64,000 nucleotides of DNA from an uncultured virus (IMG/VR IMGVR_UViG_3300049172_000101) (IMGVR_UViG_3300049172_000101), one strand, 5' to 3'; counted from the first letter of the stretch, positions 27,587 to 36,630 are shown. Made by a program: numbers and translations. The notes: generated by a model not told the origin, from the letters alone.

Positions 27587-27790
27587 TCATGAGGCCGTCT
27601 CCTGCTCGTGCGTCCGCAGCCAGTGGCGGCGGTGGTTGTAGCGGATGTGGACCTGCTCGATGCGGTCGAGGTACTCGGCCGGCGTCCACGGCTTCACACC
27701 GCGGGCCCGGCGAGCCATCTCCTCCTCGACACGGGCGAGTGCGTCCTGCTCCAGGTCGGCGAGCGGGCGGGACTCGGTCGCGGTCGCCAT
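27587..27790 (-). CDS. Hypothetical protein
   Basis: GGAG RBS; coupled to neighbouring ORFs. Confidence 0.6.
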   Translation of the reverse strand: MATATESRPLADLEQDALARVEEEMARRARGVKPWTPAEYLDRIEQVHIRYNHRRHWLRTHEQETAS

Positions 27791-27791
27791 G

Positions 27792-28016
27792 TCACGCCAC
27801 TCCCCGCAGTCGCCGGGCCCGGTTGTGGGCGGCGGCCTCGGCGGCGACAGTGGCGAGCTTGTCGATCGCGGCCTGCGACGACGGCGGCAACGCCACCGAC
27901 ACCGGGCCGACGATGACGAACGCGTGCCCCTCGTGGACCTCGAAACGGATCTCGTCCGGGTTGTCGCCCAGGCTCATCGTCTGGGACAGGATCTGCGTCG
28001 GGTTCTCGATCATCAC
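27792..28016 (-). CDS. Hypothetical protein
   Basis: GAGGAGG RBS; coupled. Confidence 0.6.
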   Translation of the reverse strand: MMIENPTQILSQTMSLGDNPDEIRFEVHEGHAFVIVGPVSVALPPSSQAAIDKLATVAAEAAAHNRARRLRGVA

Positions 28017-29005
28017 GCCTCCTCGGCGGGGTCGATGGTGCGGATAGCGGGGTGCATCCCGGCCTGCTTGGCGGCGGTGGGCTCGTCGGTCAGCGCGGCG
28101 CCGACCTCGTACAGCAGCCGCGCGGCCTGCGGGTTGGTCTCTCGCTCGTCGCGCCAGACGCGGAGGGTGTCGAGTCCTCGCTGGACGGCTGCCTCGGCCG
28201 TCTCGGCGCGGTCGCGCCAGCGCTGCTTACCGGCCTTGTGGTGCTCGACCTCGCGGCGCAGTTCCGGCAGCGTGCTCCGGTGCAGGAAGGCGATGTCCTC
28301 GCGCTCGCGGGCCAGTTCCGCCTTGAGTCGCTGGACCTCCGCGAGTAGGGCGGCGAGGTGGCGGCTGACGATCGCCGCCGACTTGTCCGACATCATCGCC
28401 AGCAGGTCCAGCGACTGGATCTCCGCGATCCGCTCGTCGGTCAGGGGCTTCGGCTGGTCGCCGACCGGCACCGGCAGCGCACCCAACGCGGCCACAGCGG
28501 CGGCCGTCTCCTCGGCGCGGGCCTCCTCCCACTCGTCCTCGGTCACCGGGTCCACGTGGGTGAGGCAGATGTACGAGCCCTCCCCCTCAACCCAGACCAC
28601 AGGGTGGCCGCTGGCCGACACCTGGGCTGCAGTGCGGGTACGGGTGACCAGCCGGCGAGCGTCAGAGGCGTCCTCCGGCCGGAAGCCCGCGTAGGCGAAC
28701 ACCGGCGTGCCAACCGGGTGGCGGTCGTTGAAGGCGTCGACCTGACGTTGCGCCTCGGCCTTCTCAGCCGCCTTTTTCGCCTGGTACTCGGCCTGGTACT
28801 CGGCTTCGACCTTCTCCCGGTGCGCCTTAATCAACGCGCGGGCGTCGTCGTCGGTGACGCCGGCCTCGCGCAACGGCTGGCACGGCCAGGCGATCGGGTC
28901 GTCCAGGCTGTCCTCGTCGTCGGGCGTGCAGTGCAGGCAGTAGAACCCGCCGAAGATGAGCTCGTCCCAGTCGTGCAGCTTCAGCAGCTCGGTGCGGTCG
29001 CTCAT
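28013..29005 (-). CDS. Hypothetical protein
   Basis: GAGGAGG RBS; mosaic of short motifs typical of phage early genes. Confidence 0.65.
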   Translation of the reverse strand: MSDRTELLKLHDWDELIFGGFYCLHCTPDDEDSLDDPIAWPCQPLREAGVTDDDARALIKAHREKVEAEYQAEYQAKKAAEKAEAQRQVDAFNDRHPVGTPVFAYAGFRPEDASDARRLVTRTRTAAQVSASGHPVVWVEGEGSYICLTHVDPVTEDEWEEARAEETAAAVAALGALPVPVGDQPKPLTDERIAEIQSLDLLAMMSDKSAAIVSRHLAALLAEVQRLKAELAREREDIAFLHRSTLPELRREVEHHKAGKQRWRDRAETAEAAVQRGLDTLRVWRDERETNPQAARLLYEVGAALTDEPTAAKQAGMHPAIRTIDPAEEA

Positions 29006-29496
29006 CGGGTCGCCTCCTCGCCGAAGCGGATCAGCTTGGACGGGTAGTGGCCGCCGCCCTTCAGCGGGTCGATCTCGTCGGCCGCATGGCGGAACTCTCG
29101 AGGCGTGGTCTTCTCGCCCTCGGCCTCCAACTTGGCTGCCGCCATGCGGAGGTCCTTCGCCGCCTCCTCGACGGCCCGGTTTCCGATGGCCTGCTGGTAG
29201 CGCAGGTGGACGTCCTCGGCGAGGCTGGCGGCGAGGAAGGCGTGCACCTCGGACGGGGTGACGGAGAAGCGAGACAGGTACTCAGACTCCTCGATCACCG
29301 CACCGTTGACCTCCAGCTTGCTGAGGAGCCGGGACAGCTCGTACTGGGCGGCCAACGCCTCGGTACCGGGGTCGGTGGTGTCATCCATGAACTGCTGGAG
29401 GCAGGCGCTCACTCGCTTCGCTGCGGCGGCCACCTCGTTCCGCTCGATGCGCAGGCGCTCGATCTCGCGCTCCGGCGTCTGGGATGATGGCTTCAC
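29002..29496 (-). CDS. Hypothetical protein
   Basis: AAAGGGG RBS; coupled to the next gene. Confidence 0.6.
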   Translation of the reverse strand: MKPSSQTPEREIERLRIERNEVAAAAKRVSACLQQFMDDTTDPGTEALAAQYELSRLLSKLEVNGAVIEESEYLSRFSVTPSEVHAFLAASLAEDVHLRYQQAIGNRAVEEAAKDLRMAAAKLEAEGEKTTPREFRHAADEIDPLKGGGHYPSKLIRFGEEATR

Positions 29497-29579
29497 GTGA
29501 AGCCCCTTTCGTTTCGTGTGTTCCGGTAGGGGTGGATCGCGAGGCCGTTCCCGTAGGCGCGGGGCGGCCTCTTTGCCGT

Positions 29580-29852
29580 TCAGGCGGCGGCGCGGGTCGG
29601 CTCGTGCTGGAGCTGCGGGGTGGCGTAGTCCGGGATGCCGAGGTACTCAGCGACCGCTCGGGCGGGGAACCGGAGGGTTCGCCGGCTGCTGTCCGGGGTG
29701 GCGATGTCGATGACACATCCGCGGGCGGTGAACTCGGGGTCGTCGTCGACCCGCATGCGGATCCACATGTCGCTGACCTTGAGCCACTCGCGAAGCTCTG
29801 CCTTGGTGAGCAGGGGGGTGTGCAGCTGCGTGGGGGTGAGGGGCTGGTCCAC
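29580..29852 (-). CDS. Putative excisionase / HTH protein
   Basis: LLTKAELREWLKVSDMWI...LRFPARAVAEYL; second gene of the early operon; AAGGAGGAG RBS. Confidence 0.7.
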   Translation of the reverse strand: MDQPLTPTQLHTPLLTKAELREWLKVSDMWIRMRVDDDPEFTARGCVIDIATPDSSRRTLRFPARAVAEYLGIPDYATPQLQHEPTRAAA

Positions 29853-29918
29853 TACTCCTCCTTTCATCTGGTGTGGACGATCTTTCGGTGAATGTGGAAA
29901 CCGTTGGCGCGAAAAAGG

Positions 29919-30170
29919 TCACGCAGGGGCGGAGGTGTCGAACAGTTCCTCGATGGACTTGTCGAGCGCTCGGGCGACCAGGTCGCAGGAGCGGTCCCTG
30001 AAGGGGGTCCGTCCACTGGGGCCGCGGGAGACCATGTGACCCACGGTGGCGCGACTGATGCCGTAGCCGAGGGGGTCCACTTCTCGGGTCTTCTCGGCGA
30101 GGCGCTCGATGGACAGGCCGGCTTCCCGCATCGCGTCTCGTATGGGTTGGCCGTTGTCCCGTCTGTGCAT
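29919..30170 (-). CDS. Cro-like HTH protein
   Basis: IRDAMREAGLSIERLAE...ISRATVGHM...VARALDKSIEELF; divergent from the repressor. Confidence 0.82.
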   Translation of the reverse strand: MHRRDNGQPIRDAMREAGLSIERLAEKTREVDPLGYGISRATVGHMVSRGPSGRTPFRDRSCDLVARALDKSIEELFDTSAPA

Positions 30171-30209
30171 GGGGTGCCCTTTCAAGGCCGAGAGGTGTTG
30201 TGCGTGGCC

Positions 30210-30413
30210 GAATGTGGAAGCTCGGCCGTCGGCTTCGTTTCCACATTCAATGTTGGATGTGGATAGATGTCAAGGCTCACTGCATGGTAGGTAGCGTTGG
30301 CCAGCGCTTCCGCATATGCCAATGCTTCCGCATGTGGAAACCAATGCTGGTCAGATGGGGTGAGACGACTTGTCTGCACGGCACGCGATGCACAATGCTT
30401 CTACATGTGGATG
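30210..30413. promoter_or_regulatory. Immunity switch region: early promoter and operators
   Basis: Repeated ATGTGGAA half-sites (30210, 30237 inverted, palindromes at 30324 and 30397; another at 29890); minus-strand TTGACA-17 nt-TTGAAT. Confidence 0.75.
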
Positions 30414-30760
30414 ACCTTGCGCGCTTGATCACCAGACTGATGGACGAGAAGGGATGGACACTGTCCACCCTCGCCCGGCGCTCAGGCCTGTCCACCTCCA
30501 CCCTCCACAGCTGGAAGAGCGGAGACCGCGCAACGGGCAGCCGTGGCCCCAGCCCCGACAAACTCCGCCAGCTCGCTGACGGCGCCGGACTCACCGTCGC
30601 CGAAGTCTTCGAAGCAGCCGGCCGCCACGTCCCCACCGCCATTGACGACGAGGAAGAGCGCCGCTTCCTCCACCTCTTCCGCGCCCTCGACAGCCAAGAC
30701 CGCAGGGTGGTCGAGGCGACGATGCAGGCGATGCGGGAGCGACAGAAGTCAGCCCCCTGA
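30407..30760 (+). CDS. Immunity repressor (XRE HTH, CI-like)
   Basis: LMDEKGWTLSTLARRSGLSTSTLHSWKSG...LRQLADGAG; alternative start ATG 30395. Confidence 0.87.
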   Translation: MDDLARLITRLMDEKGWTLSTLARRSGLSTSTLHSWKSGDRATGSRGPSPDKLRQLADGAGLTVAEVFEAAGRHVPTAIDDEEERRFLHLFRALDSQDRRVVEATMQAMRERQKSAP

Positions 30761-30928
30761 CGAAGATTCACCCGTTCGGAGTACAACCTTCTGCGGAGTC
30801 CAGCTTCAACATCACTAATCTCGAATGGGCGCTTCACGAACGGTAGTTGTCAGTTGTACCGTCGAAGCTCCGCCGTACCTCCACCTGCGGCCGGGAACGC
30901 AACCGTTTCATGGGCTCATGGGGGTCGT

Positions 30929-31192
30929 ATGTGCGCAATCGTGATCGTGGAGGACTTCGCTCCGGTCGCGCCGCGGTGGGACAGGGACAGGGTCGCGATT
31001 CTCATCGGGCGCGGCCTCGACCACTTCGGGATGCTGCGGCAAGTGCAGGCCATGCTCACCTACCTGGGAGCCCCGCAGACAGGCGTCAGCGCTACATGCT
31101 GGTGCGGCGACTACATAGAGGTGCCCACGGCTCCCCCGTTCCCCCAGCAGCTCACCGCGCCTCGGCAGAAGGAGGTCGGCCATGCCCCGTAA
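30929..31192 (+). CDS. Small protein between repressor and integrase
   Basis: CWCG motif; its 3' end carries the integrase RBS (AAGGAGG). Confidence 0.6.
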   Translation: MCAIVIVEDFAPVAPRWDRDRVAILIGRGLDHFGMLRQVQAMLTYLGAPQTGVSATCWCGDYIEVPTAPPFPQQLTAPRQKEVGHAP

Positions 31193-32465
31193 GGCTGCCA
31201 ACAACCCCAGGCAGATCAGCGTCAAGTCCTGCGGCTGCAAGACGTGCACGGCCAGGTTCAGGCCCGGTGAGGAGTCGACCCGGAAGACCTGCACGGGGCC
31301 GTGGCAGGCCCGCTACCGCGACCCGTCCGGTAAGCAGCGCGCGAAGACGTTCTCCGGCGAAGGGGCGAAGAAGAAGGCCGAGGCGTTCCTCGACAAGACC
31401 CGCGACAAGGTCCGCAGCGGCAGTTTCGTCGACCTGGACCGCGGCAAGGTCACGGTCGCCGAGTGGTACGAGAAGTGGCGGCCGACCCGCCGCATCGCCG
31501 TCAACACGACCGAGACGGCCACCAGCGTCTGGACGAACCACGTCGAGCCGGCGTTCGGGGCGTGGCCACTCACCTCGATCGGTCACCTTGACGTCGAAGC
31601 GTGGGTGGCTCGGCTGGACATAAAGGTCGGCAGGGCCACCATCGAGAAGGCATTCCGGATGCTCGACGGGATGATGAAGGCCGCGGTCCGGGACCGGCGC
31701 ATCCCCCACAATCCGTGCGACGGGGTGAAGCTGCCGAAGGGGCAGCCCAAGCATCCCGACGACCTCATGCCGCCCACCTACGACCAGCTGGCCGAGATCC
31801 GCGGCGAGTTCCCCGAGCACTACCATCCGATGCTGATCGTGGCAGAGGAGACGGGTCTGCGCTGGGGTGAGCTGGTGGGCTTGCGGCGCTGCTGGGTGGA
31901 CCTCGACGGGGCCGCTATCCAGGTCCGGGAGACCATCATCCAGGTGGGCGGCAAGCCGCAGCGCAAGGCGTACCCGAAGTCGGCGGCCGGCTGCCGCACG
32001 GTTCCCCTGTCGGACCGGGCCCGCCGTGCTTTGAAGGCCCATCTGGAGGCGCATCCCGCTGCCCCCACCCGTACTGCTGTGAGTAGCGGCATGCATCCTG
32101 AGGAGCTGGTGTTCCGGTCCCCGTGGGCCGGCAAGAAGGTGAAGGGGCGGCCTCCCTTCGACGGGGTGCTCGAGCGGGCGAACTTCTGGCTGAAGTGGAA
32201 CCGCGCTACGGAGAGCACGGGGATCGCGCGGCAGGTGGAGAACAGGGCCACGGGGCGGATCGAGCGGTGGCCGCACTTCCACGACATCCGGCATGCGTTC
32301 GCGTCGCGGCTGCACTCACTGGGGATTCCGGAGGCGGACGCGCAGCGGATCCTGGGGCACGAGCGGGGCGGGCGGATCACGTGGCTGTACACGCATGCAT
32401 CGGCGGATTCGGTGTCGACGGTGCGGGATGCGTTGGATCAGGGGCGGCTCCGGAGGGTGGTGTGA
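31182..32465 (+). CDS. int: Tyrosine integrase with arm-binding N-terminal domain
   Basis: WQARYRDPSG arm domain; catalytic R (GLRWGEL), K, HDIRH, LGH and Y (WLYTH). Confidence 0.96.
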   Translation: MPRKAANNPRQISVKSCGCKTCTARFRPGEESTRKTCTGPWQARYRDPSGKQRAKTFSGEGAKKKAEAFLDKTRDKVRSGSFVDLDRGKVTVAEWYEKWRPTRRIAVNTTETATSVWTNHVEPAFGAWPLTSIGHLDVEAWVARLDIKVGRATIEKAFRMLDGMMKAAVRDRRIPHNPCDGVKLPKGQPKHPDDLMPPTYDQLAEIRGEFPEHYHPMLIVAEETGLRWGELVGLRRCWVDLDGAAIQVRETIIQVGGKPQRKAYPKSAAGCRTVPLSDRARRALKAHLEAHPAAPTRTAVSSGMHPEELVFRSPWAGKKVKGRPPFDGVLERANFWLKWNRATESTGIARQVENRATGRIERWPHFHDIRHAFASRLHSLGIPEADAQRILGHERGGRITWLYTHASADSVSTVRDALDQGRLRRVV

Positions 32466-32880
32466 AAGTCCGCGTGAAGTCCACAACCCGTCCACACCAC
32501 CACGTCAACTCACATCTACTTACATCAGAAAGTGGTGTGTTCGGGGTGTGCGGTGACCTGGACTTTCACCGACCGCGAGCCGTCCACCAGTGTGGAAGAT
32601 CCGTCCGCATTGGGAGTCCATTTTCCGCGTCACGGAAATCGTCGGCACCTCACCCGACAGCGTCGACCAGGCCGTACGCAACGGCATCGACCGCGCCTCG
32701 CAGACGCTGCGGAACCTGGACTGGTTCGAGGTGACCCAGGTGCGCGGCCAGATCGAGGACGGGCGGGTCGCCCACTACCAGGTGGGACTGAAGGTCGGCT
32801 TCCGCCTGGAGGCCACGGACTGAGCGAGGTGGAAGTCCACATCCCGTCCACAACGCGCCAGGAGACCACTCGTCCACACG
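32466..32880. other. Putative intact attP: core at about 32622-32638 with arm-type repeats on both sides
   Basis: GAAGTCCACA(A/T)CCCGTCCACA at 32476-32496 and 32832-32852; inverted repeat TTTCC-GCGTCAC-GGAAA where dodecin similarity begins. Confidence 0.75.
32622..32823 (+). pseudogene. 5'-truncated dodecin (flavin-binding protein) gene carried in attP
   Basis: RVTEIVGTSPDSVDQAVRNGIDRASQTLRNLDWFEVTQVRGQIEDGRVAHYQVGLKVGFRLE is a dodecin lacking the usual short N-terminus and an RBS. Confidence 0.85.
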
Positions 32881-33333
32881 CAGCGCAGGATGACCCGAGC
32901 GGGCCATTCCATTGCAGCGCGCATCCAGTTAGCCTGTGGATCACCTGGGGAGGGATGGCGCCTCATGCGCGGCCCTCAGACGCACCCCCACGCGTGTACC
33001 GGTGGGGAACAGGGGGTGGAGCCTCGACTCCACCGGAGACGGCCCCCGCCGGGATTCTCGGCGGGGGCCGCTGCCGTAGACAGTAGACCGCCCCGCGACG
33101 TGTGTCGTTGGAGGCGGTCGCCCTTTTGCGGTTCTGTGATGAGCGAGCGGCGGTCGGCGGACGCACCTACGCACGGCCGCCGCTCGCGTGTCCGCCGCTC
33201 CCCCGGGGGATAGGTTGCGGCGGACCGGAGGCCTGCTCTTGGTCGGGGAGCAGGCTGGCCCTAGGCAGCATGATCGAAAAGTGCCTCAAATATGCTGCTG
33301 ACTTATGATCTTGGTCGGTAAACGGTTGGTCGG

Positions 33334-33564
33334 GTGCCAGCTGATCTGCCCGAGTGGGTCCCTCAGGCCCGCCGGGCCGTCGGCGACCGCATCCGCGTGC
33401 GACGCCTCCACCAGAACATGACCCAGGAGACGCTCGCCGCAGTCAGCGGCCTGGACCGCAGCACCATCCAGAGGATGGAAGCCGGCCAGGAGATGAAGCT
33501 GAGTCACCTGTTGGTGGTGGCTCACGCTCTGCGTGTGCACGTCGTCGACCTCCTTCACGGCTAG
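33334..33564 (+). CDS. XRE-family HTH protein
   Basis: VGDRIRVRRLHQNMTQETLAAVSGLDRSTIQRMEAG. Confidence 0.88.
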   Translation: MPADLPEWVPQARRAVGDRIRVRRLHQNMTQETLAAVSGLDRSTIQRMEAGQEMKLSHLLVVAHALRVHVVDLLHG

Positions 33565-33747
33565 TTTTCACCGCTTCGGCCGATTCCTGACCGGGGCTAT
33601 AGACCAGAATTCAACAGTACGTTGATCAGGAACGGAAGTGCCTGCGCCGCCCATTTACATGCGGAACGTGAACAGTCGTCACGTTTCCGTTACCGGCCGT
33701 CGAGGCTCTGGCCTGGGCTTTCCTCGCAGACATCGAACGGCCGTCGA

Positions 33748-33993
33748 TCATTGCCTGGGAGGCGATGGCGCCCTGCCAGCCAGCTGATCGAGGGCCGCGT
33801 TCGCCAGGACTCGCCAGGTACGGTGCAGCTCGTTACCAGCCAGGCAGCTCTGCTCGATGTCACGGCAGGCGGTGCACCGGGTGGCGTGGCGGGCGTAGTC
33901 GGCGTAGGCCTCCTGTACGGGGCTGAGCCGGGTGGAGGCGGCGATGGCGGGCCGTCTTTCCGCTGCGGCTGGCTGGTCTTTACGCTCGTCCAC
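33748..33993 (-). CDS. Small Zn-binding hypothetical protein
   Basis: HATRCTAC...C motif; GGGAG RBS. Confidence 0.6.
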   Translation of the reverse strand: MDERKDQPAAAERRPAIAASTRLSPVQEAYADYARHATRCTACRDIEQSCLAGNELHRTWRVLANAALDQLAGRAPSPPRQ

Positions 33994-34147
33994 GTCGACG
34001 GCTCCCGTTCGTCGGCCATGCCCCCGGGCCGTGTCCGCGGTCGCGGGGGTCTTCCCTGTTCAGACGGTACCGCTACATACCGCTACATGGGGCCCCATGC
34101 CGCCACCTGCGGATGCCTGGCGTCCGGTGTCGCCCTACGTTTCGATC

Positions 34148-34381
34148 ATGGGTGAGGTGCCGATCGGGTACGTGTACATGCGGGTCGCCGACGAAGTCGA
34201 GGCAGAGATCCGCTCAGGCCGGCTGCCCCGCGGGGCCCGGCTGCCGAACGAGCGGGACATGGGCGCCCAGTACGGTGTCGCGCCCGGGACCGCACGCCGG
34301 GCTGTGCAGGAGCTACGGGACCGCGGCCTGGTGGTGACGCTGCCGAACAAGGGTACGTTCGTCGTCGCCGGCAACTCGTAG
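34148..34381 (+). CDS. Stand-alone GntR wHTH protein
   Basis: YMRVADEVEAEIRSGRLPRGARLPNE...TARRAVQELRDRGLV...KGTFV; TACCGCTACA direct repeat upstream (34067-34087). Confidence 0.9.
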   Translation: MGEVPIGYVYMRVADEVEAEIRSGRLPRGARLPNERDMGAQYGVAPGTARRAVQELRDRGLVVTLPNKGTFVVAGNS

Positions 34382-34414
34382 CCCGCTGTCAGACCCGCGC
34401 CCTAGAATCGCGGC

Positions 34415-34609
34415 ATGATCCCCTCTCCTCTTTGTGCGGGTCCGGTGCGGCCTGCTGCGGTGGTGAACGAGGAGATCCGCGCGCTGGTCGTGTCGTGTGG
34501 CGGCTGGCTGTACGGGGAGTCGCGGGCCCGGTATGAGCTGCTGGTAGCGGAGTGGACGCTGGCCGTGCAGGCGGAACGTGCGTGCGGCGAGATCGACGTC
34601 GCCGCGTAG
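34415..34609 (+). CDS. Small hypothetical protein
   Basis: VNEEIRAL...YELLVAEW pattern; start uncertain. Confidence 0.5.
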   Translation: MIPSPLCAGPVRPAAVVNEEIRALVVSCGGWLYGESRARYELLVAEWTLAVQAERACGEIDVAA

Positions 34610-34618
34610 GATCCGCCC

Positions 34619-34825
34619 GTGGCTGACTACGACTTCCCCGACGACCTGCTGGAGCTGGAACGATCCGCCTGGGCGGCGATCCAGGCCGGGACCCTCACCG
34701 TCGACCAGGCCGACGCCGTACAGGCCGGGATCACCGCCTACGCCGAAGCCGCGCGCCTCGACCGGTACAAAGTGGAGATGGCGCTCAAGCGGGCCGTCCG
34801 GCACGGGGAGCCGGCCGACGCCTGA
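34619..34825 (+). CDS. Small hypothetical protein
   Basis: Coding-like 68-aa ORF. Confidence 0.6.
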   Translation: MADYDFPDDLLELERSAWAAIQAGTLTVDQADAVQAGITAYAEAARLDRYKVEMALKRAVRHGEPADA

Positions 34826-34903
34826 CAGCGGATCGCCCCGCCTGCGTGACCAGACGGGGCGGCCTCAGCCAAGCGCCAGCATGGCCTGATTGATGACCCC
34901 ATG

Positions 34904-35116
34904 CTACGAGGGGCCACTGACAACGCCGGGGCGCGGCCATCTGTCCAGCTCCGCGCCAGTGTCCTCGTCGACGAGGGTGACGCGGGCGCCGGGCCTGCCC
35001 CAGTCGCCGACCCAAGTCCGGAACTTCCCGCGGGCCACGACCTCCGACGCCCACCAGCCGTGTGCGACCGGGCGGCCGGCCACGGCCAGGACGAGATGGA
35101 AGCGCTGATCAGACAT
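34904..35116 (-). CDS. Small hypothetical protein
   Basis: HGWW...ARGKF...RVTLVDE...WP. Confidence 0.6.
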   Translation of the reverse strand: MSDQRFHLVLAVAGRPVAHGWWASEVVARGKFRTWVGDWGRPGARVTLVDEDTGAELDRWPRPGVVSGPS

Positions 35117-35331
35117 GCCGCCACCCTACGGGCAGCCGCATGGCCTCCCGCGGGGAGGAGACGGGAGGTGCGGCGGGCCCTGCCGCATCGGCGGAGCGCG
35201 GCAGGGCCCGAGAGGGGAGTCCTCGCCTGGGGTGCGCGGATCCCGTCGCACCACCATGCACCATGATCCGGCCACGCGGTAGATCACGGCCGAAAATCTG
35301 TGCTGTCAGTGCCAGCAGGCATGATGCCCGC

Positions 35332-35505
35332 ATGCAGAACTACGCCCTCACCTGGACCGACCCCGACGGCCGGCCGCGCGCATCCGCCGTCGCCTACGAC
35401 AAGCCCTCCGCCGACGAGCAGCGCGACGAGCTGCAGGCGGCCGGCTGCACCGACATAGAGATCGTGCCCGTCAAGCCCGGCCAGCTCCCCCAGCCGCGGG
35501 CCTGA
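35332..35505 (+). CDS. Small hypothetical protein
   Basis: Coding-like ORF followed by a hairpin at about 35513-35543. Confidence 0.55.
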   Translation: MQNYALTWTDPDGRPRASAVAYDKPSADEQRDELQAAGCTDIEIVPVKPGQLPQPRA

Positions 35506-35595
35506 CGCGCAGAGGCCCGCCTCGACGGGGGGCGAGGCGGGCCGAAGCCAGTGTGCCCGAGATGGCGCCGGAAGTCCGGGAAACGGCTGCGAAGT

Positions 35596-35626
35596 TACCG
35601 CAGATAGCGGCACACTATCTGCGGTA
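35596..35626. other. lox/dif-like recombination site
   Basis: TACCGCAGATAG-CGGCACA-CTATCTGCGGTA (perfect 12-bp arms, asymmetric 7-bp spacer); extra half-site at 35681-35692. Confidence 0.75.
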
Positions 35627-35706
35627 GCGCGATAGGCGACCTGGAGGAACGGGCCCGCCGGAGGCTACCGACTCGGGAAACTATCTGCGATAGACGAGGA
35701 GACTCC

Positions 35707-36630
35707 TTGGGAACCGTCCACGCCCTGCCCGCCCGCAGCGCGACCCCGGCACTGCGGGACGCCGCCGCCACCTACCTGGCGACCATCGCCGACGCTGGAA
35801 CCGTCCGCACCTACCGCGTCGTCCTCGACCGGCTCGCCAAGCACTACGGCCCGGACGCCGGCCTCGACGCGCTCGCCGACCCGGACCGGCTCGCCGCCTG
35901 GTTCACCGAGCAGTGGGGCACCGCCGCCCCGAAGACGTGGAACACCCGGATGAACGCCCTGCACTCGGCGACCGGTTACTGGCGGCAGCAGGGCTGGCTC
36001 GTCGACGACCCCACAGTGCGGCTGCGGATGCGGCCCACGCCCGCCGACCGCGACCGCGCGCTCAGCCGCGACCAGGTCGACGCCCTCCTCGGTGACAAGA
36101 CGCCCGCGCTGCGCGACCGCGTGCTGTGGCACCTGCTGTACGAGACCGCGGCCCGCGCTGAGGAAGCCCTCCGACTGGACGTGCGCGACCTCGACATGCC
36201 GGCCCGGACCGCGCGCACCCGCCGTAAGGGCGGCGCCCGGGACGTCATCGCCTGGCAGACCGGGACCGCGCGGCTCCTCCCCCGTCTGCTGTCCGGGCGC
36301 CGCAGTGGCCCGGTATTCCTCACCGACCGGCGGGCCCGCCCGTCCGTGGCGGTCGCCGACGTCTGCCCGACGACCGGCTGCGCACGCCTGTCGTACCGGC
36401 GGGCAGCCGAGCTGTTCGAGGAGCACACAGTGCGGGTGCTCGGAGAGAAGGCGACGCTGCACCAGCTGCGGCACTCCGCGCTCACGCACGCTGCGGAGGA
36501 CGGCGCGAGCACGCCGATGCTGATGGCCCTGTCCGGTCACACGTCGGTGCGGTCGCTGGCGAAGTACGCGCGCCCGTCAGCGGAGGCCCTCGCGCGTTGG
36601 CAGGCCGAGCGCGACCGGGCCCGCCGGTAA
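35707..36630 (+). CDS. Xer/Cre-like tyrosine recombinase without arm-binding domain
   Basis: ETAARAEE (R), RKGG (K), HQLRH, SGH and KYAR (Y); GAGGAG RBS before TTG. Confidence 0.93.
   Translation: MGTVHALPARSATPALRDAAATYLATIADAGTVRTYRVVLDRLAKHYGPDAGLDALADPDRLAAWFTEQWGTAAPKTWNTRMNALHSATGYWRQQGWLVDDPTVRLRMRPTPADRDRALSRDQVDALLGDKTPALRDRVLWHLLYETAARAEEALRLDVRDLDMPARTARTRRKGGARDVIAWQTGTARLLPRLLSGRRSGPVFLTDRRARPSVAVADVCPTTGCARLSYRRAAELFEEHTVRVLGEKATLHQLRHSALTHAAEDGASTPMLMALSGHTSVRSLAKYARPSAEALARWQAERDRARR

Noticed and set aside
32590..32823. Full-length dodecin starting at GTG 32590 (MWKIRPHWESIF...)
   Set aside because: The N-terminus is unlike dodecins, has no RBS and crosses the putative att core; treated as a truncated gene, though low-level expression is not excluded.
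32466..36630. Boundary between two separate prophages with host DNA between them
   Set aside because: Arm-like repeats flank dodecin on both sides and the two halves supply complementary, non-redundant modules; a tandem dilysogen junction cannot be excluded.
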